Source: Rebecca billardiae RCC1528
Lineage: Eukaryota; Protista; Haptophyta
Direction of reading: 5' to 3'
Assembly (NCBI GenBank): GCA_965240325.2
Contig: OZ251224.1
Coordinates: 2,542,001-2,606,000 of the forward strand
Length of the DNA: 64,000 nucleotides
Part shown: positions 1-10,900 of the stretch, in pieces
Position numbering within the stretch: the stretch's first letter is position 1
Layout of the letters: each line of letters begins with the position of its first letter
The notes under the pieces: model-generated
Database searches by the model: none
What the model saw: only the letters and a program-made list of their open reading frames with translations
Told to the model about the DNA's origin: nothing
Translations under genes and position numbers: made by a program

Positions 1-811
1 AGACAACGCGACTATCACGCGCCTCGCTCACAAGCGCATCGTCAGCGTCTTCGGGCCAAGCCGCGTACGCCTGTACGCAGACTCCCTCGGCGTCGTCACG
101 CCTGCGCGGCGCGTGCGGCAGGCGTTGGACCGCGCTGCGTTCAGCCATGCGTCGAATTACATGCGCTTCTACGTGCCGGCCATCTTCGCGCGGCTAGGGC
201 TGCGTCGCTTCCTCTACCTTGACTCGGACACCCTCGTGATTCATGACGTGGGTCCGCTGTACGATGGCGCATTCGCGCACACGCCGCACGCGGTGGCCAG
301 CCCGCAGCAGCACGACGACCACTGCAGGCTCGAGAAGGTCGTCAACATGGACGCCCCGAAGATCGTGGCGGCGCTGCACGACGCGCCGCAGCGGCCGTGC
401 CTCGATGCGGGTGTGCTGCTGGTGGACGTGCATCGCTGGCTGGCGGCGAATCTGACCGCGCAGGTTGAGTACTGGCTGGAGCAGAACACGCGCGAGTCGC
501 TCTGGGCCCTCGGCTCGTTCCCGCCGCTCGTCGTCGTGCTGCGCAACCGCGACTGGGAGCGGCTGCCCCGTGCGCAGGCCTTTGACATGAAGCGACCGCG
601 CGGAGTCGTACGCTTCTGCTGCAACCGCAACGAAAGCACGACTATCGACGTGCCGTGGGACACCGCGGTGGTGCTCCATCCCGTTAAGAAGCTGGTTGGG
701 CGCACGCGACTCGACGAGCGCTTTGGTTGGATGCACCCGGAGGTCGAGCGCGCCATCCTCGACGGCCGATTCCACCGAGTGAAGCGTTTACACCCTTTGA
801 TGCCAGCCTGA
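1..811 (+). CDS. Glycosyltransferase family 8-like protein (5' end outside the window; 3' end supplied by a transposon TIR)
   Basis: Frame is open from position 2. GT8-type motifs: YMRFYVP, FLYLDSD (DxD), LDAGVLLVDxxRW. The stop codon at 809-811 lies inside the left TIR of the 791-2362 element. Confidence 0.75.
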   Translation, partial: DNATITRLAHKRIVSVFGPSRVRLYADSLGVVTPARRVRQALDRAAFSHASNYMRFYVPAIFARLGLRRFLYLDSDTLVIHDVGPLYDGAFAHTPHAVASPQQHDDHCRLEKVVNMDAPKIVAALHDAPQRPCLDAGVLLVDVHRWLAANLTAQVEYWLEQNTRESLWALGSFPPLVVVLRNRDWERLPRAQAFDMKRPRGVVRFCCNRNESTTIDVPWDTAVVLHPVKKLVGRTRLDERFGWMHPEVERAILDGRFHRVKRLHPLMPA

Positions 812-2362
812 CTCCTGAGCATCTGCATGATACTGTACGACATGCAGTTTACTACGTCTGCTAGTTCTACTATTATGGCGCACGCCCCCCCCCCGGCCGA
901 AAGGTCTGAGCGTGAGCGAAAGCCGGGGGGGGGGGGGGGCGGCGCACGTGCTGCTCCGCAAAATCAATAAAGAAGATAATGGCGCGCGTGATGCTGCGCG
1001 GGTGGGGAGTTTGTACTTTCAGCAGGGGGAAAGCTGATGGTAATGAATGACATTCAACCCCCTTGATGACGGGTTGATTGATTGCGTCAATATGTGAGAT
1101 TCTCCCCTGCCCGTATTAATCCGCCTAATCTTTGGATAGTAAGTAATCGAAGAATGCGAACTCAAATAGGAAGAAGGCGTCTGCATCACCTTTCTGATAT
1201 GGTGGGCCGTTCGTGATTCTCCTGCTGATATATACTTTTGGTTTGCTGATTCCAGTTCAACAAGTAAAGAATGATAGAATCTTGGTCCGAGAGTCGTCTC
1301 TTCGTCTTCACGCTCTTTTGAAAAACGGTGTTTTAGATAAGTAGCATCCCTCTCCTCTTAAGAGAACCACACTTCAAAAACAGCGTTTCAACGTGATGTG
1401 GTTAAGCCCCTTGATTCATACACATGAGCAGCGATCGGCTTTGATTCTGCCTCTTGTAGTAAAGTTTTATGGTACGAGTTAATGAACCGTCGTCACTTCT
1501 GGGCTCTCGTCTGCCTATCTGATCTCTGTCCGTTTCTGGACGCTTGTCACTACCAAGTTAGTGTCAATAGTGACATACAGATGCAAGTGCAAAGCTAAAG
1601 AGGTGGGTACGCAATACACACTACGAAATGACTACGTACATCAGATAGTATACGGGGTTCAGGGTGCTTCGCAACTCGTGTCTCGTGAGTGCGCAGTGCT
1701 CACAGAGGCTGAATAAGACTCGAAGAGTCACGAGGGGAGCGGCCACCTTCGCCGGGCCGCTCGCGCCGGGCGCTCCTGCGGCCGTGAGGTCGGGTTGCGG
1801 AGGCGGCGCGGGGCTTGAGCGGTCGCAGAGCCTCCCGGCGCTCCTCGCTGCGCCGCGCGCCCGGGCGCGCCGTCGCAGCTGCGCACGCATGAGCGCGCGC
1901 TCCGGGCCGTGTGGGAGGGGAGACTGACATGACCCCTGCCCTCCTCGCGCCGCGCAACGCCGCCCACGCGCATCGCCGCTCGCACGCGCAGGCCTTCCTT
2001 CCGCGCGCGTCGGCGGCTGGGCTCCGGGTTGGCCTTGATGCCGGGCCATCGCCGAGACTTGACTGAAGCGTGGGAGGGCTCATTCGGTGGACGTAGCGGG
2101 GGGGGCGGAGGCGTCGGAGGCGGTGCGTGCCGGCGAGAACCACGGCGGCGGTCACTGCGCCGCCGCCAAGCTCGGCGGCGGCGGCGCGGCGGCGGCGGAA
2201 GCGTGATCGACGCCGCCGCCACCTCCGGCGTTGGCGGCGTCGACGCCGCCGCCGCTGTCGCCGGGCCGCCCGCCACCGGCACCGCTGCCGCCGTCGCCGC
2301 CGCCGCCGCGGGCGGCGGCGCGGGCGACGGCGCAGCCGGCGTCAGGCTGGCATCAAAGGGTG
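791..2362. mobile_element. Non-autonomous TIR DNA transposon with TA target duplication (Tc1/mariner-like ends)
   Basis: Perfect 22-bp TIRs CACCCTTTGATGCCAGCCTGAC at 791-812 and 2341-2362, flanked by TA at 789-790 and 2363-2364. Interior is partly AT-rich (about 940-1700). No transposase ORF. Confidence 0.75.
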
Positions 2363-2378
2363 TAAACGTCGATTATTC

Positions 2379-3530
2379 TTACAAAACTGTGCCCTGGCGG
2401 GCGGGGGGGTCGGCGGGCCGTGCCAGTGCTGCCGCAATGTTTCCTCTGCGGGTTCGCGTAGTCTTTCCACAGCATTCGCTCGTGGCCGGGTGACGGACAG
2501 TCGGACCAGTGACACCTGTGAAGTTCTCCCACGCGGTGCGGTACGCGTTCGTGCGCATCAGCGAGGCCCACACCCACGAGGGAATGTGCAGCACGCGGGG
2601 CGGGGCGGGTAGCCCGTTGCTCCGCGCGAGCGCGGGTACGCGCTGTATGTGCCGCATCTCGACCGCGATGGCGTAATCGAGCGCCTCGCCACCGACGAAG
2701 CCGCCAGAGTAGATCGTGCGCATGTCCTCCTGCCGCCAGCCGAGAGCGGTCGTCGCGAGGACGCTTGCCGATGTCCGCTCCGGGCATGATGGGCTCGGCG
2801 CAGGTCGCGTTGACATCGTACACGGCCGCCACGCTGAGCACGAGCGCGTTGACGTTCACGCGGTCGTCGCTCTTCGCCTCTTCGACAGGTCTGGCGCCCG
2901 CGTGTTTGGCGGCACAAGGAGCTGTTGGTTGTGCGCGCGCGCGCGCACAGCGACAGCGTGTGCCACTCGCGATCGAGAGTGGGCACGAGCTGCTCACGCG
3001 GGCACACGAATCGCAGCGCATCCGTCACCGGCGTGACGACGTCCGCCTCGTCCCGCAGCGCCTGCGCCATGGACGAGGATGGCGCGGCGATGTTGCATGC
3101 TCGACGATTCATCTCTCTGCGGATGGCATCACGGGCTTGTCTGTGTCGCGCTGCGGCGAGGGTCGCCAACTCGCGAAGACGCGGTTGGTGCCACGGCGAC
3201 AGACCCGGGAGGTGCGTCCGCTGCGCGTCGTACGCCGTTGGCGCTGCGCTTCCGTCGCATTGGTCACCGTCGACGCCATGCAGGCCGGACGTGGGCCCGC
3301 GAGCGACGACTGAGTCCGGTGCGCGGATTGCCGGATTCCGGCGATCGAGTTCAGAAGGCCGCGCCAAATCTTGCGCGTCGCGTGCGATGGCGCTTCCCGC
3401 CCGCGAGACACCTCGTGACGAGGGCCTTTCCGCACCGAGCCCGACGCGCGGCGGTGGATCGCGCGAGGTGGCTGTCGTGCGCAGCGCTTGATGATATGGC
3501 CCGTGCGAGCGCTCGACGTGCAAGTCGGGC
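2379..3530 (-). pseudogene. Possible degenerate transposon-derived fragments (zinc-knuckle-like and Ulp1/C48-like)
   Basis: CTSSARTGHIIKRC near 3480-3525 resembles a decayed CxxCxxxGHxxxxC. DMRTIYSGGFVGGEALDYAIAV...VLHIPSWVWASL (2379..2816 frame) resembles the start of a Ulp1 domain. The pieces are in different frames. Confidence 0.25.
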
Positions 3531-3849
3531 GAGGACCGCCCCAGGTCGCACGATCGTGTCGACGCGCCGAGCGTACCTCCAAACGCGTCGACATGGCCCC
3601 CGTTCGACCTGCACGCGAGACGACGAGGGCAGCAATCGCGAATCGGGCGAAAACCCCCTTCGGGAGTCCCCGCGCGATGTCCGCGCCGGCGTTGGATTTG
3701 GCGCGCGCCGCCCATGCGCTCCGCTTGATCGGAGTCCGCCGCCAACGGTCGTCTGCTTTGCGGCGGCTCTCGACGCGATCGACACCCATCGTGGGTAGGG
3801 CGGCAGCGCACCGTGCGTCTCGACGGGGAAGAAGGAGCCGCACGCACAG

Positions 3850-4644
3850 ATGGATGAAACCAGCGCCTCGGTGAAGCTGCTTCAGCGCAGATCGGCGCGA
3901 GGTGACGCGCGTGCCACGCACATTCTGGCTGGTCGCTTTGCACGCGGAGACGGTGTCGCTCAGAATGTGAGCGAGGCAATGCGCCTGTGGCACATCGCCG
4001 CCGAACGTGGGCTTGCCGACGCTCAGTTCAAGCTTGCCGGCCTTATTTACCAGGGTCAGTGCGGCGCGGGACGCGATCTCATTCAGGCGGCGCGCTGGTA
4101 CCGGCTGGCGGCCGAGCAGGGCTACGCACGGGCGCAGTGCAACCTGGGCTTGTGCTGCGAGAACGGCGAGGGCGTGCCGCAGGATATGGCCGAGGCGGTG
4201 CGCTGGTACCGGCTGGCGGCCGAGCAGGGCCTTGCAGCTGCGCAGTACAACCTGGGCGTGTGCTGCGAGAAGGGTAAGGGCGTGCCGCAGGATATGGCCG
4301 AGGCGGCGCGCTGGTGCCGGCTGGCCGTTGATGGTGATCAGCCACATGCTCATTCCATGCTTGGACTGCTAATGCTGGTAGGCCAGGGCGTGGAGCGCGA
4401 TGTGGTGGAGGGCGTGCGGCTGCTGCGCCGTGGGCACGAGCTCGACAGCACTCTCGACCCCTGTGAAGTGCTCATCGCCGGGTTTGCGGGGGATCGCGAG
4501 GTGATGTCCAAGTGCTGCCTCATGTGTGCCAAGACGGACCGTTGCACCTTGAAGAAGTGCGACCGATGCCACGTGGCGGTGTTCTGCTCGCACGACCGCC
4601 TGCGCCTGGCTTGGAAGGCGCACAAGCCGCACTGCAACGAATAG
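3850..4644 (+). CDS. Sel1-like repeat protein (5 repeats) with C-terminal MYND-type zinc finger, paralogue 1
   Basis: 36-aa repeats AQxxLGxCxxxGxGVPQDxAEAxRWYRLAAEQG. C-terminus CLMC...CDRC...FCSHDR...WKAHKPHC. Confidence 0.9.
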   Translation: MDETSASVKLLQRRSARGDARATHILAGRFARGDGVAQNVSEAMRLWHIAAERGLADAQFKLAGLIYQGQCGAGRDLIQAARWYRLAAEQGYARAQCNLGLCCENGEGVPQDMAEAVRWYRLAAEQGLAAAQYNLGVCCEKGKGVPQDMAEAARWCRLAVDGDQPHAHSMLGLLMLVGQGVERDVVEGVRLLRRGHELDSTLDPCEVLIAGFAGDREVMSKCCLMCAKTDRCTLKKCDRCHVAVFCSHDRLRLAWKAHKPHCNE

Positions 4645-5545
4645 CGTCGGACCTGCTGCGAGGCCTGACGACGATGTATCGTCAGCTTCGTTGTCGTGAT
4701 TTTGACAACTTCAGTCATCAGAGTCATCATGATGGCGCAGATGTCGGAGTATACTGAGGCCCGGCACCGTTCCGCCCGCGTTCGGGCGGCAGCTTGACTG
4801 GTAACGCGACCTGGTCCCGCTCTGACGAACTCGCCGCCGCCGACGGCCCGACGGAAACGGGGAAACCGTCGTCGGATTCGGACTCATCATTGGATCAGAG
4901 TCATCAGATTCAGAGTCGGATCACCGTGGTCGTCATCGTCAGAGCCATGTCAGAGTACTGCTGACGATGCAACCCTACAACCGGTGTGCCCGGCCTCAGA
5001 TGATTGTGCAGCCTGCGGCATGGTGTTTGGCCAAGCGGCGCTGCGGCGACCGTTCAGCCACCGTAGGTTCCAGCGACAGGCGAATTATTAAACATGGGGT
5101 GGCGCATGAAGTTGACTATGGTGCTTGATGCAAGCTAAAGTTATGGCTTGCGCACGTACACCAGTCCCCGCCTCTCCGCTTATGCATATGCTGTCCATGA
5201 ATGGTAAGCCATGCCATTGTCCCACGGCGCGTGACGCGGTCCCCAACGAGGCGCTGTGCGCGCTCGAAGCCGGGGATGGCCAGACAGTACTACTCGCGTG
5301 ACCCAGCGCGAAGGATAGCTGCAGCGCCGATGTGATGGCATGAGCGCGGCCTACCAGCGTCGGCGGCCGATGGGCAGCCGCCATGCTGATCGAAAAAGGC
5401 CGCCCCTGAACCTCATAAGAATTTCCGGGAGCGGCGGCGGGCCGGCGGCGGCGGCGGCTGCCAGGCGGCCGAACCGGGCAAACCATACCAGTGACGACGC
5501 AATGACGAGGCACAGCGCCACAGCGGGGAAGCTCAGCCATCATCA

Positions 5546-7690
5546 ATGGATTCTCGACGGCTCGCCGTGCTCTGGGTCTGCGCGCTCGTCGCGCGGGCGT
5601 ACGGGGCGGCGCGATTGACGCCGCCTGCGCGCACGCGCGCGAGGTGCGGGCCAGTCGCCGCCGCTGCGCGCATTCGCGCGCTGAGCGACGACGCCTCCGA
5701 CGCCGACCCTGCGTCTGCACCGACCGGGCGGGGCTCGGTGATTGTCGTGGACCGCGCGCGCGAATCGTCGCCCGAGGCTGTCGCGCAGCTGCAGCAGTGG
5801 CTCCGCGAGGAGCACGGCGCGCGGATCGCGGACGGCGTCGTCTTCGACGCCTCCCGCGCCGACGGCCGCGGCGCGTACATCCAGGCCGAGCAGTACGCGC
5901 CGGGCGAGCCGCTGATCGAGCTTCCCCTCGGCGCGTGCATCTACGAGCAGACGGTGCTGGCGGACGAGCAGCTGGGCGAGGTGATGGGCGCGCTGCTCGA
6001 GCGGTCGGGCTCGGGGGCGGAGGTCGTGACGGTCGTCGCCTTCCTCCTCCGCGAGCGCGGCCGCGGCCGCGCGTCCAAGTGGTGGCCGTACATTGAGTCG
6101 CTGCCGTGGGCACACGTCGGCAGTGAGCAGGTGTCTCCGCTCTGGTGGAGCGAGCTGGAGCTGCAGCGGCTGCAGGGCTCGCGCGCGCGGACGGAGGCGG
6201 TCGAGCTGCGCCGCCAGCTCAAGCAGATCACCGACATCCTCTTCCCCATCTTCCGCTCCAAGCGCATCCCGATCGTCGCGTCCGCGCGCGGCCAGCCCAA
6301 CACGTTTATTAAGCTCGCCGAGGTGCCGGCGGCGTGGTTCTCGACGGGGCAGCCGCCGCGCGAGTTCTGCGACGCGGTGCGCGAGGCGTTCGCGCTGGTG
6401 CTCTCCCGCCGCGTGAGCATCCCGGGGCTCTCCAGCACCGTCCTCGCGCCGCTCATCGACCGGCTCGGCTACGCGCCCTCGAGCGCGCCCTCGGCTTACG
6501 TCGACTTCAGGCGGCCGGAGGGATACTGCCAGCCGGGCCGCGAGCGAGGGGGCGGCGAGGCCGCGGGCGGGGACGGGGTGCGCCTAGGCAGCGGGGCCGA
6601 CGAGGGCTACATCATCTGCTACCGCGAGCTCGACTACTTCGAGACGGGCCTCGACGAGTGGGTCTTCGAGGAGGGCGACGAGGAGCTGCTCGAGCGCGCG
6701 CGCGACACCGCCTCGCGTATCGCGGGCGGCGCCGACACGGGCGGCATGTCCGATGCCGTTCTCGGCCCGGACGGCGCGGTTGTGCCGGGGCTGAGCGAGG
6801 AGGACGCGGTCGCGCTGGCGAGCGTGGGCGCGTTCGACGACGACCCGCCCGACGCCGAGCCCGAAGGAGTCGACGCCGTCGCCGACGCCGTCGCGAGGGC
6901 AGACGCGGCCGCGGACGTGCTCGCGGCAGCCGGCTTCATCGAGCTCGCGCACTGCTACAACGGCTGCGCGTCCAACGCCGACCTGCTCGTGACGTACGGG
7001 CTCGTGCCGCAGAGCCTGACGGCGGAGACGTGCCGCGCGACGGTGACCATCGCGCTGCGCGGCCCCGATGGCGGCGGGCGCCTCGCCGCCGCCGCGGCGC
7101 AGGTCTCGGCCGTCGCCGCCGCCAACGCCGGGCTCGCGCCGTGGCCACGAGCCGGCGGCGGCAGCGCCGCTGACGCAGACCTGCTGGCTTGGAAGGAGCA
7201 GCTGCTACGCGTACATGGGCTGTCGCCGACCGCGCAGGCGTTCGAGATCGGGCTTCCCGGCGAGCCGTTCCACGTCCCGCCCGACCTGCTCGGCTACCTC
7301 CGCCTCGCCGCGATCGACGACGAGGTGGAGCGGAAGGTCGTCGAGTCGAGCGACGCGCCCTGGCAGCTGCTGTGCGGCGAGCTGTGCATCTTTGACTCGG
7401 TGCCCGTGTCGGAGTCGGTGGACCGGCAGGCGGTGCGGCTGCTGCTGAGCGCGTGCCGCGAGGCGCTCGCGCTCTACCAGCACCCGCGCGACGACGCCCC
7501 GCAGCCCGATGCCCTGTCCGCCGAGTTCGCCCCGATCGAAGAGCGCTCGGAGCGCACGCAGCGCTCGATCGAGCGCGCCGTCGACGCGGCACGCCTCGTG
7601 CAGTCTGAGCAGCTCGTGCTGCGAGCGACCATCGAGATGCTCGAGACGTTTGGCTTCCGCTGGCTCAGCCGGTGCTCGATGACGCAATGA
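5546..7690 (+). CDS. Rubisco-LSMT/SETD3-like SET-domain protein with N-terminal signal/transit peptide
   Basis: GRGAY...GEPLIELP, SKWWPYIESLP, PLWWSELELQRLQGS, AFALVLSR, SNADLLVTYGLV, LLGYLRL (LSMT substrate-binding region). Hydrophobic N-terminus followed by an Ala/Arg-rich segment. Confidence 0.8.
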   Translation: MDSRRLAVLWVCALVARAYGAARLTPPARTRARCGPVAAAARIRALSDDASDADPASAPTGRGSVIVVDRARESSPEAVAQLQQWLREEHGARIADGVVFDASRADGRGAYIQAEQYAPGEPLIELPLGACIYEQTVLADEQLGEVMGALLERSGSGAEVVTVVAFLLRERGRGRASKWWPYIESLPWAHVGSEQVSPLWWSELELQRLQGSRARTEAVELRRQLKQITDILFPIFRSKRIPIVASARGQPNTFIKLAEVPAAWFSTGQPPREFCDAVREAFALVLSRRVSIPGLSSTVLAPLIDRLGYAPSSAPSAYVDFRRPEGYCQPGRERGGGEAAGGDGVRLGSGADEGYIICYRELDYFETGLDEWVFEEGDEELLERARDTASRIAGGADTGGMSDAVLGPDGAVVPGLSEEDAVALASVGAFDDDPPDAEPEGVDAVADAVARADAAADVLAAAGFIELAHCYNGCASNADLLVTYGLVPQSLTAETCRATVTIALRGPDGGGRLAAAAAQVSAVAAANAGLAPWPRAGGGSAADADLLAWKEQLLRVHGLSPTAQAFEIGLPGEPFHVPPDLLGYLRLAAIDDEVERKVVESSDAPWQLLCGELCIFDSVPVSESVDRQAVRLLLSACREALALYQHPRDDAPQPDALSAEFAPIEERSERTQRSIERAVDAARLVQSEQLVLRATIEMLETFGFRWLSRCSMTQ

Positions 7691-7965
7691 TTTCGCGCAG
7701 GCAGCAGAGAGCACTGCTGCCGGGCGTGCATGAGACATCATAGACTAGGGCTCCTTCTAGCCGACGTGTTTACAGCCGCCTACACTGTGTCCGCCCACCG
7801 GATGGTGTTGCCGACGTGCGCGCGCAGCCGCAGGCCGGTAGCAATAGCGGACCCCCAAAAAACCCAATAAAACAGTCCGCGCCGCCGCCGCCGGCCAAAA
7901 AGGCAAAAACCCGCATCGGTTCTTCAGCATGGCGGCGCGGTTTGTGCGAGCGACGACGATGCGGC

Positions 7966-10900
7966 ATGGTGTCGAGAAGGACGGCCGTGCTGGCGCTCCT
8001 GTTTGTGGTCGGCGTCATCGCGGTCTGGGTGAGCGTGCAGCGCGCGACGACGGTGGCACCAGTGCGCATGCTCGCCCCGCGTCTGCCTGCCGATGAGTCT
8101 GCCCAGGCTCTGCGCGGCAGCAATCCCGCGGCAGCGGCGACAGCAACGCCGACCCCTGAGGCTGCCGCCACAGCCGCGCCCACATCGACGGCTGCGCGCG
8201 GCGGCGATGCCGCTCCGCTCTTCGTTGGCGGCGACATTGAGTCCCCGGGCGAGCTCGAGCGCGCCGTGCACGCCCTCTCCGACCCGAGCGGCCTGCTCGC
8301 CTTCACGATCGCGACCGAGAACGCGGTGGCGTGGGCGGCCAACCTCGCCTTTGGCTTGCGCGCGTCCGGCCTCCGGCTGCTCGTGCTGACGGACTCGAGC
8401 GAGCTGTGCGCGGCGCTCGCCACGTACGCGCTCGACTGCGCCTGGACCTCGTACACGCCGCCCATGCCGCCGGACACCGCGCGCGCGTACAGCCTCGAGT
8501 GGGCCAAGCTGCACACGTTCGCTCGGCTGATCGACCTGCGCGCGCGCCCGCTTTTCCTCGACGCGGACGTGACGCCCACGGGCGGGTCGGGCGACGCGCT
8601 GCGACGCTGGCTGCACGCAGTCGCGCCGCCGCGCGGCACGCACGCGCTCTGGGTGAGCTCCGGCCTGGGCGGCGGCGCGGGCCAGTGTGGCACCCTGATT
8701 CTCGGGATGATGCACTGCGCCCGCTGCGCGCCAGGCGGGAGCGCGCGCGCGCTCTTCGCGGCGCTCGAGCGCCGTCGGGACGAGCTGGCGAGCGGCGAGG
8801 CGACGAGCCGCGTGTGGGCGCACACCGACGCCGCCAACATCACCGCGGGCCCGCACGTGCGCCTCACCGATCTGCGCTCGAACGTGCTCGCCGCAGATGT
8901 GGCCACCGAGCTGTGCTGCGGCTCAGCTGAGCCTTTCTACGCGCGGCAGCCGCCGTCGAAGCCGGGGCGCGTGCTCAACGCGTCGGCGCTGCGGCTGTGG
9001 AAGCAGGGCTTGTCGAAGCGCGCCGCCGCGTGCTCGAAGCTCGTGGCCGACGCCGACGGCATCGCGCACGCCGTGCTGCGCGCGCGCGCGGCCGGCCACG
9101 CGCGCCGGGGCCCGGAGCACGGCAGTGGCGACGTCGGCGGCGGCGGCGGCGCGGCGGAGGAGACGCTCGCTATCGTGCCCTTGGCGCTCGTGCGCGCGTT
9201 CCGGCAAGAGCGGCTCATCGTGGCCGAGCCGAGCAGGCCCAACTCCGCGCCGCGCCGCGCCGAGGTGCGCGCGGCCGACGCGGTCGGCGGCGGAGGGCCA
9301 CACGTGCTGCTCGATGCCTGCCGGGGTGGCCTCTTCGCCGAGCCGCCGCCGCTTGTGCACTGGCTGGGCGCGTCGTCGCTAAAGACGCAGTACATGCGCG
9401 CGATGGGCTGGCTCGACGTGCGCGCGGACCTCGTCGCGCACGCCGCGCGCGCGCTGCGCAACGCGCACGGCCGCCTCGAGCCCAGCGCCATCGGCCTCAA
9501 CGTGACCCGCGAGGACGACGATTTTCGAGTCTCCGGATTTAATTCCCTCGCCGGCTCTTTTCTGTCCAAGCACGTGGAGCGCTCGCTGGCGGTGCCGGAG
9601 CCGGCCGCGTGGGCCGTGCCACCGGAGCCCGCGCTGCGCGCGATCGACGCGGCGGTGCAGGAGGTGAAGGCGAAGCGCGCCGAGCGCGCGCACGCGGCGG
9701 CGGCAGCCGTCGCGGGCGCCGAGCTGGCTCCGCCCACGGCTGCGCGCCAGGGCTGGCTGCTCCGGGCACCGGCACGCAGCGGCGCGGCGGGCGGCGGCGG
9801 CGGCGGCGGGCGGCCCGCGGCGGCGCAGCTCATCGTGCTCGGCGGCGCGCCGCTGCGCAGCCGCCTCAGCACACAGCCGGACGTGCCCGCTTTTAGCGCC
9901 GCGTACGCGCACGCGCGCGAGTGGCTCCACGCGGCGGCCGTGCTCTCGGGCAGGCTCGCCGTCGACCTGGCGCCCCCGTGCGCAAGCGCGTGGGCGGGTG
10001 CGCTGCCGGCGACGGGCGCGGAGGCGGCGCTCGGCGGGCTGGACTCGCGCGTGGTGGTGACGGGCGCGCATGGCGTCCAGAATCTGTACGCGCTCGGCGG
10101 CGCAGACATACGAGCAGCCGCCGCCCGCGCACATCCCACCGCCGCCGCACGCCCGCTAGCGGCGGCCGCGCGGGGCGGCGCACGCTCGTCGCTCGACGCG
10201 GCCACGTTCGAGGCCGCGGACCAAGCCGTGTGGCGCGAAATGGGGCGGCGCACGCCGGCGTTTTTGGAGCCCGGGCTCGTGCTCGCGCGTGCCGCCGAGC
10301 TGCCGGCGGCGTGGGCGGCAAACGGCTCGGCCAGGACCGCTGCAGCCCTCGGCGCCCTGCACTCGCGCACGCGAGACTCGAGCGCCGACGTGGGTGCCGG
10401 CAGCCAGTGTACGGCCGGCCACGGCGGCTTTTGCCACGCAGCGCTGTCGCAGGCGGAGCAGAGCTTGGTGCGCGCGTACCCGCCCGAGTGCCGGCTCATC
10501 TGGCACGCGCGCATCGGCGACGCGCAGATGTGGGCCAAGTGCCACGGGGAGCGCGCAAAAGTCAACCCGAAGCAATGCAACGCGCTCGCCGCCCGGCGGC
10601 CCGGCTCCGCGGCGTGCACGGCGGCGCGTGACGCGTGGCCGTTCTGCACGCGAGCGCTGCACGCGTCGTACGCGCCACAGCTGGTGGGCCCAGAGGCGCT
10701 CCGCACCGCGCCCGTCGTGAGGCTGAGCTCGGTGCGCGCCCGGTGCGAAGCCAACACGGCGCCGCCGCAGGCGCTCGGCTGCGGGCGATCGGGACGGGCC
10801 GGTGCGGCGGCGAGGGCGGCAGAGCGCGCCGCGGTCGACATGGCTGCCTTCAAGCGCGCGCTCGCTACGCACGCCGACGCCGCGCTCGTCGTCGTGGACG

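Noticed and set aside
895-925. Hammerhead ribozyme (CTGA...GAAA)
   Set aside because: The core would need CUGANGA; the sequence is CUGAGCG, and there is no suitable stem III or cleavage triplet.
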